From Candidatus Fermentibacteraceae bacterium (GTDB taxonomy: Bacteria > Fermentibacterota > Fermentibacteria > Fermentibacterales > JCC-6), in NCBI GenBank assembly GCA_041750285.1, contig JBGSZS010000018.1, forward strand, positions 224,001-288,000: a stretch of 64,000 nucleotides of DNA. Direction: 5' to 3'. The position numbers and the translations under genes are program-made. Below, piece by piece: positions 20,284 through 30,364 of the stretch; positions within the stretch are counted from its first letter, which is position 1; every line of letters starts with the position of its first letter. Below the pieces are notes generated by a model that saw only the letters and a program-made list of their open reading frames with translations, did not search any database and was not told the DNA's origin.

Positions 20284-20419
20284 AACAAGCATCTCCGAGT
20301 TGACAAGTACCGGGGCCGTGGTGAGATTAGCATGAGGACGAATGCTCTTGTATCACTTTGATACTTTCTATCTTACATAAAATGCACATTCGTACTGCAA
20401 CCCCTGGAAGGATCTCAAC

Positions 20420-21745
20420 ATGAAACGGATACCCGCTGACAAGGTGAAGGCAACCATAGCGGAGCACATGCTCGCGGATGGCTACGACATTGCGCTTGAT
20501 CTCAGGAAAAGCCGTGGCGGAACCATTCACGATGCCGTAACCGGCCGGGATTACCTTGACCTTTTCAGCTTTTTCGCCAGCGCTCCGCTGGGAATGAACC
20601 ACCCTGAGCTCACGACCCCGGAGTGGATAAGGCACCTCGGTGAGATCGCAGTCAACAACCCCAGCAACAGCGATTTTTATACTGAAGAAATGGCGCTTTT
20701 CGTCAAGACGTTCGCCGAAGGCGTGATCCCGGCGAGCCATCCCCACCTTTTCTTCATCTCCGGCGGGGCGCTCGCGGTCGAAAACGCCCTCAAGACCGCC
20801 TTCGACTGGAAGATAAGAAAAAACCTCGCAGCCGGCCGGGGTGAGATCGGCACCAAGGTCATCCATTTCAGGAACGCATTCCACGGACGATCAGGTTACA
20901 CTCTCAGCCTCACGAACACCGCCGATCCGAGAAAATACATGTACTTTCCGAAATTCGTGGACTGGCCGCGCATCGACACTCCCCGCATCGTGTTCCCGCT
21001 GGACCGGAACCTCGAGAGGGTGAAGGCCTCCGAAGCCGAATCACTGGCCCAGATAGACAGTGCGATCGGACAGCACGGCCACGACATCGCCTGCCTCATC
21101 ATCGAGCCCATACAGGGCGAGGGCGGCGACAACCACTTCCGCCGCGAATTCTTTCAGGCACTTCGGGAAAGGGCCGACCGTCACGATTTCATGCTCATCT
21201 ACGACGAGATACAGACGGGGATGGGGCTCACCGGGAACTGGTGGGCATGGCAGGGACTGGGGGTTCCGCCCGACATCTTCTGCTTCGGCAAGAAGGCCCA
21301 GGTCTGCGGAATCGCCTGCAGCAACAGGGTTGACGAAGTTCCGGAAAACGTGTTCAGGGAATCCAGCAGGATCAACTCGACATGGGGTGGCAACCTGGTC
21401 GACATGGTTCGCAGCACGGCCTTCGTAGACATCATGACAAGGGAGAACACCCTTCAGAACGTGCGTGAACAGAGCAGGACGGTTCTTGAAGGGCTGCACG
21501 CGCTCGAAACCCGGTTCCCTGGAAGGGTTTCCGAAGTCAGGGGAAGCGGCCTCATGTGCGCCTTCGACCTCGAGAACGGAACCATCCGCAACGCCCTCGT
21601 CGAAACAATCTTCAGAAACGGTGCCATCATCCTTCCATGCGGCACAAGATCCATCAGGTTCAGGCCGCCTCTAAACATCTCCTCCACCGAGGTGGCAAGT
21701 GCTCTTTCGATAATCGAAAGGTCGATGGAGGAAGTCTTTGCGTGA
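20420..21745 (+). CDS. lat: L-lysine 6-transaminase (class III aminotransferase)
   Basis: FFASAPLGMNHP, GALAVENALKTAFDWK, FHGRSGYT, EPIQGEGGDNHF, DEIQTG, FGKK, SRINSTWGG. Confidence 0.88.
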   Translation: MKRIPADKVKATIAEHMLADGYDIALDLRKSRGGTIHDAVTGRDYLDLFSFFASAPLGMNHPELTTPEWIRHLGEIAVNNPSNSDFYTEEMALFVKTFAEGVIPASHPHLFFISGGALAVENALKTAFDWKIRKNLAAGRGEIGTKVIHFRNAFHGRSGYTLSLTNTADPRKYMYFPKFVDWPRIDTPRIVFPLDRNLERVKASEAESLAQIDSAIGQHGHDIACLIIEPIQGEGGDNHFRREFFQALRERADRHDFMLIYDEIQTGMGLTGNWWAWQGLGVPPDIFCFGKKAQVCGIACSNRVDEVPENVFRESSRINSTWGGNLVDMVRSTAFVDIMTRENTLQNVREQSRTVLEGLHALETRFPGRVSEVRGSGLMCAFDLENGTIRNALVETIFRNGAIILPCGTRSIRFRPPLNISSTEVASALSIIERSMEEVFA

Positions 21746-21772
21746 AGCCGTACGACCGGAGATGAGCAAGCC

Positions 21773-22546
21773 ATGACGCCCGACCCCTTCCGTGACCACA
21801 AGCTCGAGATAGCGCGCGTTGCGCACCATCTTGCCGCAATGGGCTGGTGCGAGGGCAACGCCGGCAACATTTCCATGCTGCTGCCGAGGGGGGAGTACAC
21901 GCCCGAAGACAACCTTCAGGCTTCCATGCCCCTGCCCGAGCAGTTAAGACCCCTTGCGGGCAGGACGATCCTCATCACAACCAGCGGAAGCCGCTTCAGA
22001 CGCATGATGCTGGACCGGGAGTCGGCCATCGTCCCCGTCACCGTCTCCCGGTTCGGCAACTCCATTCTGTGGCCACAGGAATACAACAGGCCCTCAAGCG
22101 AGTTATCGACCCACCTCCAGGTACTTGCTCTGGCCGAAGCGCGGGGATGGCCCGCCGCATCGATCGTCCACACCCATTCAACATCCATGCTTGCCCTTTC
22201 ATCCAGCGACCTTCCGGGGGAGACCCTCGAGGACGCCATGTGGAGGGCGCACCCCGAGCTTTCCCAACTCCTTGACAGGGGGCTTCACTTCCTCGACTTC
22301 CAGACCCCCGGAACCTGGGAGCTTGGCCGGAGTACCGCCGAGCTGTTCACCAACTCCGATGTTGTGGTCTGGCGGAAACACGGCATACTGGCCTTCGGGC
22401 CCGACCCAGAAGCAGCGTGCGATTTCGTTGAACTGGCGGAGAAAGCCGCAGTGCTCCTGCTGATGGAGATGAACGCATTCGGAAGGTTCCAGGGCCTGAA
22501 GGACCGTGAACTCAAGGTCCTGCGGGATGACCTGGCCAGGGAATGA
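21773..22546 (+). CDS. Class II aldolase, rhamnulose-1-phosphate aldolase-like
   Basis: GWCEGNAGNIS, PSSELSTH, HTH, W.KHG. Confidence 0.75.
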   Translation: MTPDPFRDHKLEIARVAHHLAAMGWCEGNAGNISMLLPRGEYTPEDNLQASMPLPEQLRPLAGRTILITTSGSRFRRMMLDRESAIVPVTVSRFGNSILWPQEYNRPSSELSTHLQVLALAEARGWPAASIVHTHSTSMLALSSSDLPGETLEDAMWRAHPELSQLLDRGLHFLDFQTPGTWELGRSTAELFTNSDVVVWRKHGILAFGPDPEAACDFVELAEKAAVLLLMEMNAFGRFQGLKDRELKVLRDDLARE

Positions 22547-22561
22547 CGGTTCCCGTGCTTG

Positions 22562-22590
22562 TGGACACCGGCCCGAAACCGGGCTATATC
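22562..22590 (+). promoter_or_regulatory. Putative sigma70 promoter
   Basis: TGGACA-17 nt-TATATC. Confidence 0.4.
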
Positions 22591-22642
22591 ATGCTGTAAT
22601 GTTGCGCGAGGTGTTTTTTCATACGAAAGGTACAGGCACCCG

Positions 22643-23422
22643 ATGAGAATATGCGTTCTTTCCGTTGTTGCACTTGCAGTGCTGCTTTCGGGATGCACAT
22701 CCCAGAACCCGATAGACCCCGACGGCACCCTGCCGATCGTCAGCGGACTTACACTTTCAACGGACGCCTGCAGGGGAGACACCCTTGTTTTCACATGGGA
22801 TTCCCTTACCGTTCCCGTGGATGAATACACGCTCTGGTTCTCGGACAACCCTCTCTTCGTCTGGATGAAGGCGGGAGACTTCCCCGGGCTTGTCGGCACC
22901 CACGTGGCGGACCGCTGCTACACCTACAGCGTGTGGGCCCAGTCGGGAAGCCAGCATTCCACAGCTCTATCCGCCAGGGTCATCGTTGGCACCACGCCCC
23001 TCGGCACAGCCACCACCCCTTCGGAAAAGGCCATAGCCGGCTTCTCCGTGAGCCCCGACACCATTGTGGGCGGCGACGCCTCGAACCCCGACTTCGCTCA
23101 GGACTTCTTCCTCAGACGGGAAATGATGGGCTACATCATCTGCGGCGGTCACACCGACCCGCGGACATGCCCGGGCGGCCGCTGGGCCCAGCTGGCCCCC
23201 GCCTTCGGCGACGGCTTCAAGGCTCCCGAACCCGACAGCATGAACTGGTCCGACACCCTTTCCCTCTTCACCTCTCCCAGGTTCTTCATCAGACTGGAAA
23301 GCGGTCACTACGGCAGGTTCACGGCCATGGTCTACGATAACCCCGACACTCTCGTTCAGGGTGAGATAGCCGAGGTCAACTTCGTGTACCAGCCCATCCC
23401 GAGGGTCAGGCTGTTCGACTAG
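22643..23422 (+). CDS. Hypothetical lipoprotein with N-terminal FN3-like beta domain
   Basis: MRICVLSVVALAVLLSG-C lipobox; W...Y...YTYSV pattern. Confidence 0.7.
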   Translation: MRICVLSVVALAVLLSGCTSQNPIDPDGTLPIVSGLTLSTDACRGDTLVFTWDSLTVPVDEYTLWFSDNPLFVWMKAGDFPGLVGTHVADRCYTYSVWAQSGSQHSTALSARVIVGTTPLGTATTPSEKAIAGFSVSPDTIVGGDASNPDFAQDFFLRREMMGYIICGGHTDPRTCPGGRWAQLAPAFGDGFKAPEPDSMNWSDTLSLFTSPRFFIRLESGHYGRFTAMVYDNPDTLVQGEIAEVNFVYQPIPRVRLFD

Positions 23423-23432
23423 GAAGCTCCCG

Positions 23433-24776
23433 TCAGGGCGTCAGCCGTTTCACATCCCGGGGAAACATGGTGGTGTACCTTATGTTCTCCACGCCCAGCA
23501 GCCTTGCCGTCAGCCTTTCAAGGCCTATTGCCAGCCCCCCGTGGGGCGGAAGGCCGTACAGATGGGCCTGCAGGTAGTCACTGAAGTCATCGGGGTTCAG
23601 TCCGAAACGGACCATCTTCTCCACCTGCATGTCGTAGTCATGGATTCGCTGGCCGCCGGTGGTTATCTCGAGCCCCCGGAAAAGAAGGTCGAAACTCCTG
23701 GTGGTTCCCGGGGCGTCGGGATCCTCCATAGTGTAGAACGGTCTTTTCTCTGTGGGGAAGTGTGTGACGAAAACGAACTCAGACCCCCACTCCAGTGATG
23801 CATGTCTGCAAAGGATCCTCTCCTCCTCGGGGTCGAGGTCGGGCTCACCCGAGTAGTCGCGCCCGCCCAGCGCACCAGTTATGGCGTGGGCTTCCGAGAG
23901 TGTGACGCATGGGACTTCGGCCGGAGGCTCGGGCATTTCGACGGCAAGCAGGGAGAGCTCGGAGGAGTAATCCGTGCGCAGGAGTTCGAGGCTGTGGCGC
24001 AGAAGCTCCACTTCCAGCTTCATCACATCGGTGTGGTCGGTGATGAAACCCATCTCGAAGTCGAGGGAGGTGTACTCGTTGACGTGCCTGCTGGTCTGAT
24101 GGGGTTCGGCCCTGAACACCGGGCCAGTCTCGAACACCCTTTCGAAGATGCCGACGCCCATCTGTTTGTAGAACTGGGGTGACTGGGCCAGGAAGGCTGT
24201 CCTTTCGAAATACTTAACCGGAAAGATGTTGGCGCCGCCTTCAGCACCGGCGAGGCAGATCTTGGGCGTGTGTATCTCGGTGAAACCGTTGAGGTGCAGA
24301 AAGCTCCGGAAGCCCCTGCAGAACCCCTCGGCGATCCTCAGCCTGGCCCGTTCAACGGGATGCCTGAGGCTGAGCGGCCGGAGGTCGAGGTTGTTGTCGA
24401 TGTGAAGGTCGAGGACCTTCTTGGACAGATCCACAGGGGAACGGCTGCGGGGGGAGGAGACGACCTTCATGCTCTCCACCTGTATCTCTATGCTGCCGGG
24501 GTTTATGGAGGGGTCTTTGATGACCGCTTCCTTCACCAGCCCGGTGACCACCACGGCCTGTTCCTCGGCAAGGCTTTCAAGCATTGCTTCCGAACCCTCT
24601 CCCGACACGATGCACTGAACAAGCCCGTCGTGCCGCCTGAGTATCACGAAAGCCCCCCAGGAAAGTCTTCTGATCCTCATCACCATTCCTGAAAGCGTTA
24701 CGGTCTGTCCCGCCTTCCCGGCGAGTTCGCCCGATGAAAGAGGCGCTCTGCTCTCTCCGGCGGGTACCGTGGTCAT
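23433..24776 (-). CDS. aspS: Aspartyl-tRNA synthetase, archaeal-type (probably non-discriminating)
   Basis: About 447 aa with no GAD insertion; EGGANIF, LAQSPQFYKQ, FRAE.H...RH, GGQRIH, GLPPHGG.GLERL. Confidence 0.9.
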   Translation of the reverse strand: MTTVPAGESRAPLSSGELAGKAGQTVTLSGMVMRIRRLSWGAFVILRRHDGLVQCIVSGEGSEAMLESLAEEQAVVVTGLVKEAVIKDPSINPGSIEIQVESMKVVSSPRSRSPVDLSKKVLDLHIDNNLDLRPLSLRHPVERARLRIAEGFCRGFRSFLHLNGFTEIHTPKICLAGAEGGANIFPVKYFERTAFLAQSPQFYKQMGVGIFERVFETGPVFRAEPHQTSRHVNEYTSLDFEMGFITDHTDVMKLEVELLRHSLELLRTDYSSELSLLAVEMPEPPAEVPCVTLSEAHAITGALGGRDYSGEPDLDPEEERILCRHASLEWGSEFVFVTHFPTEKRPFYTMEDPDAPGTTRSFDLLFRGLEITTGGQRIHDYDMQVEKMVRFGLNPDDFSDYLQAHLYGLPPHGGLAIGLERLTARLLGVENIRYTTMFPRDVKRLTP

Positions 24777-25138
24777 TTCGTCTCCTTTTCGTTCAGGGTG
24801 CTTCTGGCAACCCTTATGAGCCTGTTGGGCGTTCCCTCGTAACGGGCCAGCGCATCCGCGCACCGGGATTCGAGAAGCCCGGCAAGCTCATTCGTCTCGG
24901 GTGTGAGAGCACCGGCCCGCCTGGCCGTGTAGCAGAGCTGTCTGACCCTTGTCCTTATCTCGGTGACCCTGAGCTGGTAATGGGCCCTGCATCGCTCCCG
25001 GAACAGGATCAACCCGGGAAGGCCGGCTTTCAGGGCCTCTTCCTTCTCGAGCTGAAAACCCTCCTCGAGCCTGTCCAGAAAGCGGGACAGCAGCCCGAGT
25101 TCGGATTCAGTGCCTTCGGGATGTGAGTTCGATCCCAT
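24773..25138 (-). CDS. Hypothetical helical protein coupled to aspS
   Basis: About 121-aa ORF with ATGA overlap on the aspS start. Confidence 0.5.
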   Translation of the reverse strand: MGSNSHPEGTESELGLLSRFLDRLEEGFQLEKEEALKAGLPGLILFRERCRAHYQLRVTEIRTRVRQLCYTARRAGALTPETNELAGLLESRCADALARYEGTPNRLIRVARSTLNEKETK

Positions 25139-25207
25139 TTCATCCGGTCTTTCACCTGCGGACGCCCTGGAAGATACTAAAAACAGTCCTTCATGGAAAT
25201 TCATCGG

Positions 25208-25236
25208 TTGCGCAACATGGAACGCTGGGATAGATT
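25208..25236 (+). promoter_or_regulatory. Putative sigma70 promoter of buk-mcm
   Basis: TTGCGC-17 nt-TAGATT. Confidence 0.45.
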
Positions 25237-25294
25237 TCAAACGACATTCCAGTTTCGAACACAGTCCCCATTCAGAGGCTCACCGGGAGGAAAG

Positions 25295-26410
25295 ATGTCC
25301 GTCGAGACCAGAACGAGAATACTTGTCGTGAACCCAGGCTCCACATCCACGAAGATCTCCGTTTTCGAGGGGGAGAAGGAAGTCTGGAAGCTCAAGCTTG
25401 ACCACTCATCGGAAGAACTTGCCCCCTACGAGAAGATCTTCGACCAGTACAATTTCCGGGAAGGAGTGATCCTTTCGGAACTGGAGAGGGCGGGGTACCC
25501 GATAGGCAGCTTCGCAGCCATCGTTGGCCGGGGCGGCGTGTCCAAACCGATTCCCGGTGGGACGTACATCGTCGACCAGGGGCTTCTCGATGATCTGGAG
25601 AGCGGGGTCTACGGCGAACACGCATCCAACCTCGGGGCGCCCATAGCGGCAAAACTGGGGAAGACAGCGGGGTGCCCCGCCTTCATGGTGGATCCCGTGG
25701 TTGTCGACGAGCTGGAGCCTCCGGCCCGCTTCTCGGGTCATCCCGCCATAAGCCGGCGTTCAATATTCCACGCCCTCAACCAGCGCGCTGTTGCACGCAA
25801 GGTGGCGCGCGAGATGGGAAAGGGCTACGACGAGTGCAACTTCGTCGTCGTTCACCTCGGGGGCGGGATAAGTGTCGGAGCCCACAGACGGGGACGGGTC
25901 ATTGACGTGAACAACGCCCTCGACGGTGACGGTCCGTTTTCCCCCGAGCGTTCCGGCGGTCTTCCCTCGGGCCAGATGGCTGCGCTCTGCTTCAGCGGGA
26001 AGTACACGCTCGACCAGGTTAAAAAGATGATCAAGGGCCAGGGCGGCATCGTCGCCTACCTTGACACCAACGACATGAGGCTGGTGGAGGACCGCATTCA
26101 TGGCGGCGACCTCGAGTGGCGGAAGGTCTACCACGCCATGGCGTACCAGGTTGCGAAGGAGATCGGGGCCATGGCCGCGGTGCTTCAGGGCGACATCGAC
26201 GCTGTGATAGTGACCGGCGGAATCGCTTACGACAGGCAGTTCATAAAGTGGCTGGAGGAAATGACAGGCTTCCTCGCCCCTCTTCGGGTCATTCCCGGCG
26301 AGATGGAGATGGAAGCCCTGGCTACGGGCGCCCTGAGGGTCCTGAGCGGCCAGGAGACACCCCGGACCTACGGATCCGATCCACGGGAGGTTGGAAGCAA
26401 TGAGCAGTGA
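25295..26410 (+). CDS. buk: Butyrate kinase
   Basis: [36 protein letters not shown]. Confidence 0.95.
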   Translation: MSVETRTRILVVNPGSTSTKISVFEGEKEVWKLKLDHSSEELAPYEKIFDQYNFREGVILSELERAGYPIGSFAAIVGRGGVSKPIPGGTYIVDQGLLDDLESGVYGEHASNLGAPIAAKLGKTAGCPAFMVDPVVVDELEPPARFSGHPAISRRSIFHALNQRAVARKVAREMGKGYDECNFVVVHLGGGISVGAHRRGRVIDVNNALDGDGPFSPERSGGLPSGQMAALCFSGKYTLDQVKKMIKGQGGIVAYLDTNDMRLVEDRIHGGDLEWRKVYHAMAYQVAKEIGAMAAVLQGDIDAVIVTGGIAYDRQFIKWLEEMTGFLAPLRVIPGEMEMEALATGALRVLSGQETPRTYGSDPREVGSNEQ

Positions 26411-28061
26411 TTTCGAAAAGGCCAGGGCCGCATGGGAAGAGGGGCTTGTCAGGAAGACGCTGGAAAAGTTCCCCGAGCGGCGCAGCGAGTTCGGAACTCC
26501 GGGCGGCATCCCGGTGGAACGAGTGTACAATCCGCACTGCCCCTGCAGCGATTTCATGGAAACCCATGGATTCCCCGGCGAATACCCCTTCACCAGGGGC
26601 GTCCAGCCCACCATGTACAGGGGCCGTTTCTGGACCATGCGCCAGTACGCTGGCTTCGGCACCGCCGAAGAGTCCAACCGCCGTTACAGGTATCTTCTGG
26701 AAGCCGGTCAGACCGGGCTTTCAGTGGCGTTCGACCTTCCCACGCAGATCGGGTACGATTCCGATCACCCGTTGTGCGCCGGTGAGGTGGGCAAGGTCGG
26801 CGTGGCCATAGACAGCCTGGCGGACATGGAGATCCTGTTCGGAGGCATCCCGCTCGACACGGTTTCGACAAGCATGACGATAAACGCGCCCGCTTCGGTT
26901 CTTCTGGCAATGTACATCGCGGTGGCGGAGAAGCAGGGGGTCAACCGTGACAGGCTTCAGGGGACAATCCAGAACGACATACTGAAGGAATACATGGCCC
27001 GCGGCACGTACATCTTCCCCCCTTCCCCATCCATGCGGCTCATCACCGACATCTTCGCGTTCTGCAAAAGCGATGTCCCGAAATGGAACACCATATCGAT
27101 CAGCGGTTACCACATCAGGGAGGCGGGAAGCACCGCCGCCCAGGAGGTGGCCTTCACCCTTGCGGACGGCATAGCCTACGTGGAGGCCGCCATAAAGGCC
27201 GGGATGGGAGTGGACGAGTTCGGTCCCAGGCTCAGCTTCTTCTTCAACGCCCACAACGACCTTTTCGAGGAGGTGGCCAAGTTCAGGGCCGCCAGAAGGC
27301 TCTGGGCACGCATAATGCGGGACCGCTTCAAGGCTGCCGACCCCCGCAGCCAGATGCTCCGGTTCCACACCCAGACCGGCGGAAGCACCCTCACGGCCCA
27401 GCAGCCCGACAACAACATAGTCAGGGTGGCGGTTCAAACCCTTGCAGCCGTGCTCGGGGGCACGCAGAGCCTGCACACCAACAGCCGCGACGAGGCCCTT
27501 GCTCTTCCCACCGAACACGCGGTCACCATCGCCCTCAGAACGCAGCAGATAATCGCCTGCGAAAGCGGTGTGACCGACACTGTCGACCCCCTGGGCGGAA
27601 GCTGGTACCTCGAGGACCTGACGGACACCGTCGAAAAACAGGCCATGGAGCTCATCCGTGATATCGACGCCATGGGCGGCATGGTAAGGGCAATAGAGGA
27701 AGGCTACCCGCAAAGGCGCATCCAGGACGCCGCCTACGACTACCAGAAGCAGGTGGAGTCGGGTGACAGGGTAGTGGTGGGCGTAAACAAGTTCCAGCAG
27801 AAGGAGACCGGCAGGGCCGACCTTCTCAAGGTAGACCCCGAAGTCGAGAACTCTCAAAGAGAGAAGCTTGCGGCAGTAAGGGCACACCGAGGGGAATCCG
27901 AGGCAGCCGCCTCACTCTCGACCCTCAGGCTCGCCGCGGGGGGTTCGGACAACCTCATGCCCCCGATACTGGAGTGCGTGAGGCGTTACGCAACGCTTGG
28001 CGAGATCTGCGGAGTGCTGAGGGAGGAGTTCGGGGAGTACCAGCCCAGAACGGTCGTTTGA
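26400..28061 (+). CDS. Methylmalonyl-CoA mutase, substrate-binding large subunit (split type)
   Basis: [41 protein letters not shown]. Tyr/Arg specificity residues; no DxHxxG domain. Confidence 0.92.
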   Translation: MSSDFEKARAAWEEGLVRKTLEKFPERRSEFGTPGGIPVERVYNPHCPCSDFMETHGFPGEYPFTRGVQPTMYRGRFWTMRQYAGFGTAEESNRRYRYLLEAGQTGLSVAFDLPTQIGYDSDHPLCAGEVGKVGVAIDSLADMEILFGGIPLDTVSTSMTINAPASVLLAMYIAVAEKQGVNRDRLQGTIQNDILKEYMARGTYIFPPSPSMRLITDIFAFCKSDVPKWNTISISGYHIREAGSTAAQEVAFTLADGIAYVEAAIKAGMGVDEFGPRLSFFFNAHNDLFEEVAKFRAARRLWARIMRDRFKAADPRSQMLRFHTQTGGSTLTAQQPDNNIVRVAVQTLAAVLGGTQSLHTNSRDEALALPTEHAVTIALRTQQIIACESGVTDTVDPLGGSWYLEDLTDTVEKQAMELIRDIDAMGGMVRAIEEGYPQRRIQDAAYDYQKQVESGDRVVVGVNKFQQKETGRADLLKVDPEVENSQREKLAAVRAHRGESEAAASLSTLRLAAGGSDNLMPPILECVRRYATLGEICGVLREEFGEYQPRTVV

Positions 28062-28092
28062 CCGCAAGGGGCGTACTGCGCCGGAAGCCCCT

Positions 28093-29274
28093 CTACAGCA
28101 TGATGACCCGGACGGTGGCGGAAAGGCGGCCGCACACTGCCCGTACGAAGTACACACCCTTTGCCCTTCGCGATCCGTCCGCGCCTGCTCCGTTCCACAG
28201 GTAGACCGATTGCCCGGACAGGGGGGAGAGGACCGCCACGACCCTTCCCGAAAGGTCGTACACCGAAACGACGGACCCCTCCGCGAAGCACGGATCCAGT
28301 TCAAGGGTAACGACCGATCCGAAGGGGTTTGGAACAGCCGTGATGCCACTGCCGGCCTGACCGTGGAGAACACCCGAGGGATCGACCCGGAGACCGATGC
28401 TGTGGAAGGCGCCGCCGGACACTGCGACAAACCCGGTGTTCGGTTCGGGAACCTGGCACTGGCCCCAGTTGTCGTAACCGAAAGCCTCGACCGAGCCGCC
28501 GCATCTCAGGGCGAGTGTGTGCTTGCCTCCGCAGTCCTGTGCCAGAAAACCCTGATTGGGTTCGGGAACCTGGCACTGACCCCAGTTGTCGTAACCCCAT
28601 CCAACGATCGTTGAATCGGCCTTCAGCCCGACGCTGTGCAGTCCTCCGCCGGACATGGCGGCAAAACCACTGTTCGGGTGCGGCACGTTGCACTGGCCGT
28701 CGCCGTTGTCGCCCCACCCCAGGATGCTGCCGTCGGAACGAAGCGCCATGCTGTGGAAGTTGCCGGCAGCCACTCCGCAGAACCCCTGATTGGGTTCGGG
28801 CACGTTGCACTGGCCATGACTGTTCGAGCCCCAGGCGCAAACCGTTCCGTCCGACCTCAGGGCGAGGCAGTGACCACCTCCGGCGGCAATGGCTATGAAC
28901 CCGCAGTTGGGCTCGGGGATTTCGCAGACGCCTGCACCCTCGTTGCCCCAGACTGAGATGCTGCCGTCGGAACGAAGCGCCATGCTGTGGAAGTTGCCTG
29001 CAGCGATCGCGACATACCCGGTATTGGGAAGCGGGACGAAGCACTCTCCGAACCTGTTGTTTCCCCAGGCCGTTATCGAGCCATCCTCGCGAAGGGCAAG
29101 ATTGTGAAACCCCCCTGCGGCAATGGCGACAAACCCCTGGTTGGGCTCAGGAACGGCGCACTGACCGTAAAAGTTGCAGCCCCAGGCCGTTATCGAGCCC
29201 GAAACGGGGTCCGCCATCCCCTCGTTCACAAGGAGGAACACGGCGATGCCCGCTGCCATCCTCGTCATCGTCAC
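28093..29274 (-). CDS. Secreted RCC1/BLIP-II-like 7-repeat beta-propeller with T9SS/FlgD-Ig-like C-terminal domain
   Basis: Signal peptide; seven 39-aa repeats (AWG.N..GQC.VP.PN.GF.A.A.G..H..AL); C-terminus PNPF...VYDLSGRVV...W.G...GVYFVR. Confidence 0.85.
   Translation of the reverse strand: MTMTRMAAGIAVFLLVNEGMADPVSGSITAWGCNFYGQCAVPEPNQGFVAIAAGGFHNLALREDGSITAWGNNRFGECFVPLPNTGYVAIAAGNFHSMALRSDGSISVWGNEGAGVCEIPEPNCGFIAIAAGGGHCLALRSDGTVCAWGSNSHGQCNVPEPNQGFCGVAAGNFHSMALRSDGSILGWGDNGDGQCNVPHPNSGFAAMSGGGLHSVGLKADSTIVGWGYDNWGQCQVPEPNQGFLAQDCGGKHTLALRCGGSVEAFGYDNWGQCQVPEPNTGFVAVSGGAFHSIGLRVDPSGVLHGQAGSGITAVPNPFGSVVTLELDPCFAEGSVVSVYDLSGRVVAVLSPLSGQSVYLWNGAGADGSRRAKGVYFVRAVCGRLSATVRVIML
28442..28998. 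repeat. Near-identical DNA repeats inside the RCC1 gene (117-nt period)
   Basis: 28723-28764 is identical to 28957-28998 (42 nt). 28442-28479 vs 28559-28596 differ at 1 nt. Confidence 0.85.
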
Positions 29275-29369
29275 CGTCTTCACCTCCGCGGCAACCGAAT
29301 AACAAGCCTTAGTGTACATCATCTCCGGCACAAAACAAGGGGGCTGTGGTCTTTTATCCGAAGAGGATG

Positions 29370-29398
29370 TTGACACCGGAAGTCCGTGGGCATATACA
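29370..29398 (+). promoter_or_regulatory. Putative sigma70 promoter
   Basis: TTGACA-17 nt-TATACA. Confidence 0.55.
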
Positions 29399-29443
29399 TA
29401 ACTTGCCATTTCGGCACAGCTTGTTTTTTGGAAGGAGTGAGGG

Positions 29444-30277
29444 ATGAAAACTGTTTTTACTCTTCTCATGCTGGCGGGCATTGTTCTTGCAAATGCGGAC
29501 ATGGCTCCCACCATCGGTGTTGCGCCCCAGGGAGTCGACACATCGCTTGAGCAGATCGCCACGATCGATGTCGAAGCCCAGGCAGGGAACGTTTACAGCG
29601 TCGGCTGCGGTTTCGACGGCACCTACCTCTGGGTTACCAACGGGGCCATGCAGGGCGGCGGCACCAACGGCTTGTTCATCCTGTTCGAGGAGGACGGCAC
29701 CTACTACGCCACCTACAACCAGAACGGCGGTTCGGGCTGGGGTCTCCGTGACCTCACCTGCGACGGCACCTACATGTACGGCAGCGTCACCACAGCCATC
29801 GAATACTACGACATCGGCACCCACCTCAAGGTCGGATCGTTCATCGGCCCCCAGAACCCCAACAGGGCCCTTGCCTGGGACGGCACCTACTTCTACACCG
29901 GCAATTTCGGCAGCGAGGTCTACCGTCTCACCTGGAACGGCGTCAGCGGTTCCACAGCCACCAGCACGGTCTGGTCCACTGCGGCCACCAGCGTCTACGG
30001 CGCAGCGTGGGATGAGCTCAACAACTGCATGTGGGTTACCAGCGCCGATGCCTCGGGCACCGTGGCCGAGATCGACGCCTCCGGCGCCCTCGTTCAGAAC
30101 CACATCCTGGTCTCGGGCGGCACCTACGGCGGCGCCTGCATGGGCACCGGCACCACCGACGTCACCAGCACGCTCTGGATTCTGAACCAGGGCACCCCCG
30201 ACACCCTCCTGGGCTTCGAGGTCACTCCCACCGCCCTCACCCGCGACACATGGGGCGCCATCAAGGCAGTGTTCTAA
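29444..30277 (+). CDS. Secreted beta-propeller-like protein with C-terminal TWGAIK motif
   Basis: Signal peptide (ANA/D); repeated (F/C/W)DGTY blades; ends ALTRDTWGAIKAVF. Strongly C-ending codons. Confidence 0.85.
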   Translation: MKTVFTLLMLAGIVLANADMAPTIGVAPQGVDTSLEQIATIDVEAQAGNVYSVGCGFDGTYLWVTNGAMQGGGTNGLFILFEEDGTYYATYNQNGGSGWGLRDLTCDGTYMYGSVTTAIEYYDIGTHLKVGSFIGPQNPNRALAWDGTYFYTGNFGSEVYRLTWNGVSGSTATSTVWSTAATSVYGAAWDELNNCMWVTSADASGTVAEIDASGALVQNHILVSGGTYGGACMGTGTTDVTSTLWILNQGTPDTLLGFEVTPTALTRDTWGAIKAVF

Positions 30278-30302
30278 GAAGGCCCCGATCAGCTGAATTG
30301 GC

Positions 30303-30326
30303 GGAAGGCCCCTGCGGGGGCCTTCC
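30303..30326 (+). terminator. Perfect 10-bp hairpin after the TWGAIK gene
   Basis: GGAAGGCCCC-TGCG-GGGGCCTTCC with no U-tract. Confidence 0.6.
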
Positions 30327-30364
30327 TGCAGTTCGGGACGACTCCCGGAAAGGCAATTGTGACA

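Noticed and set aside
28442..28998. Repeats as a CRISPR array or DGR template/variable pair
   Set aside because: In-frame 117-nt coding period; no cas or reverse transcriptase gene and no non-coding template copy.
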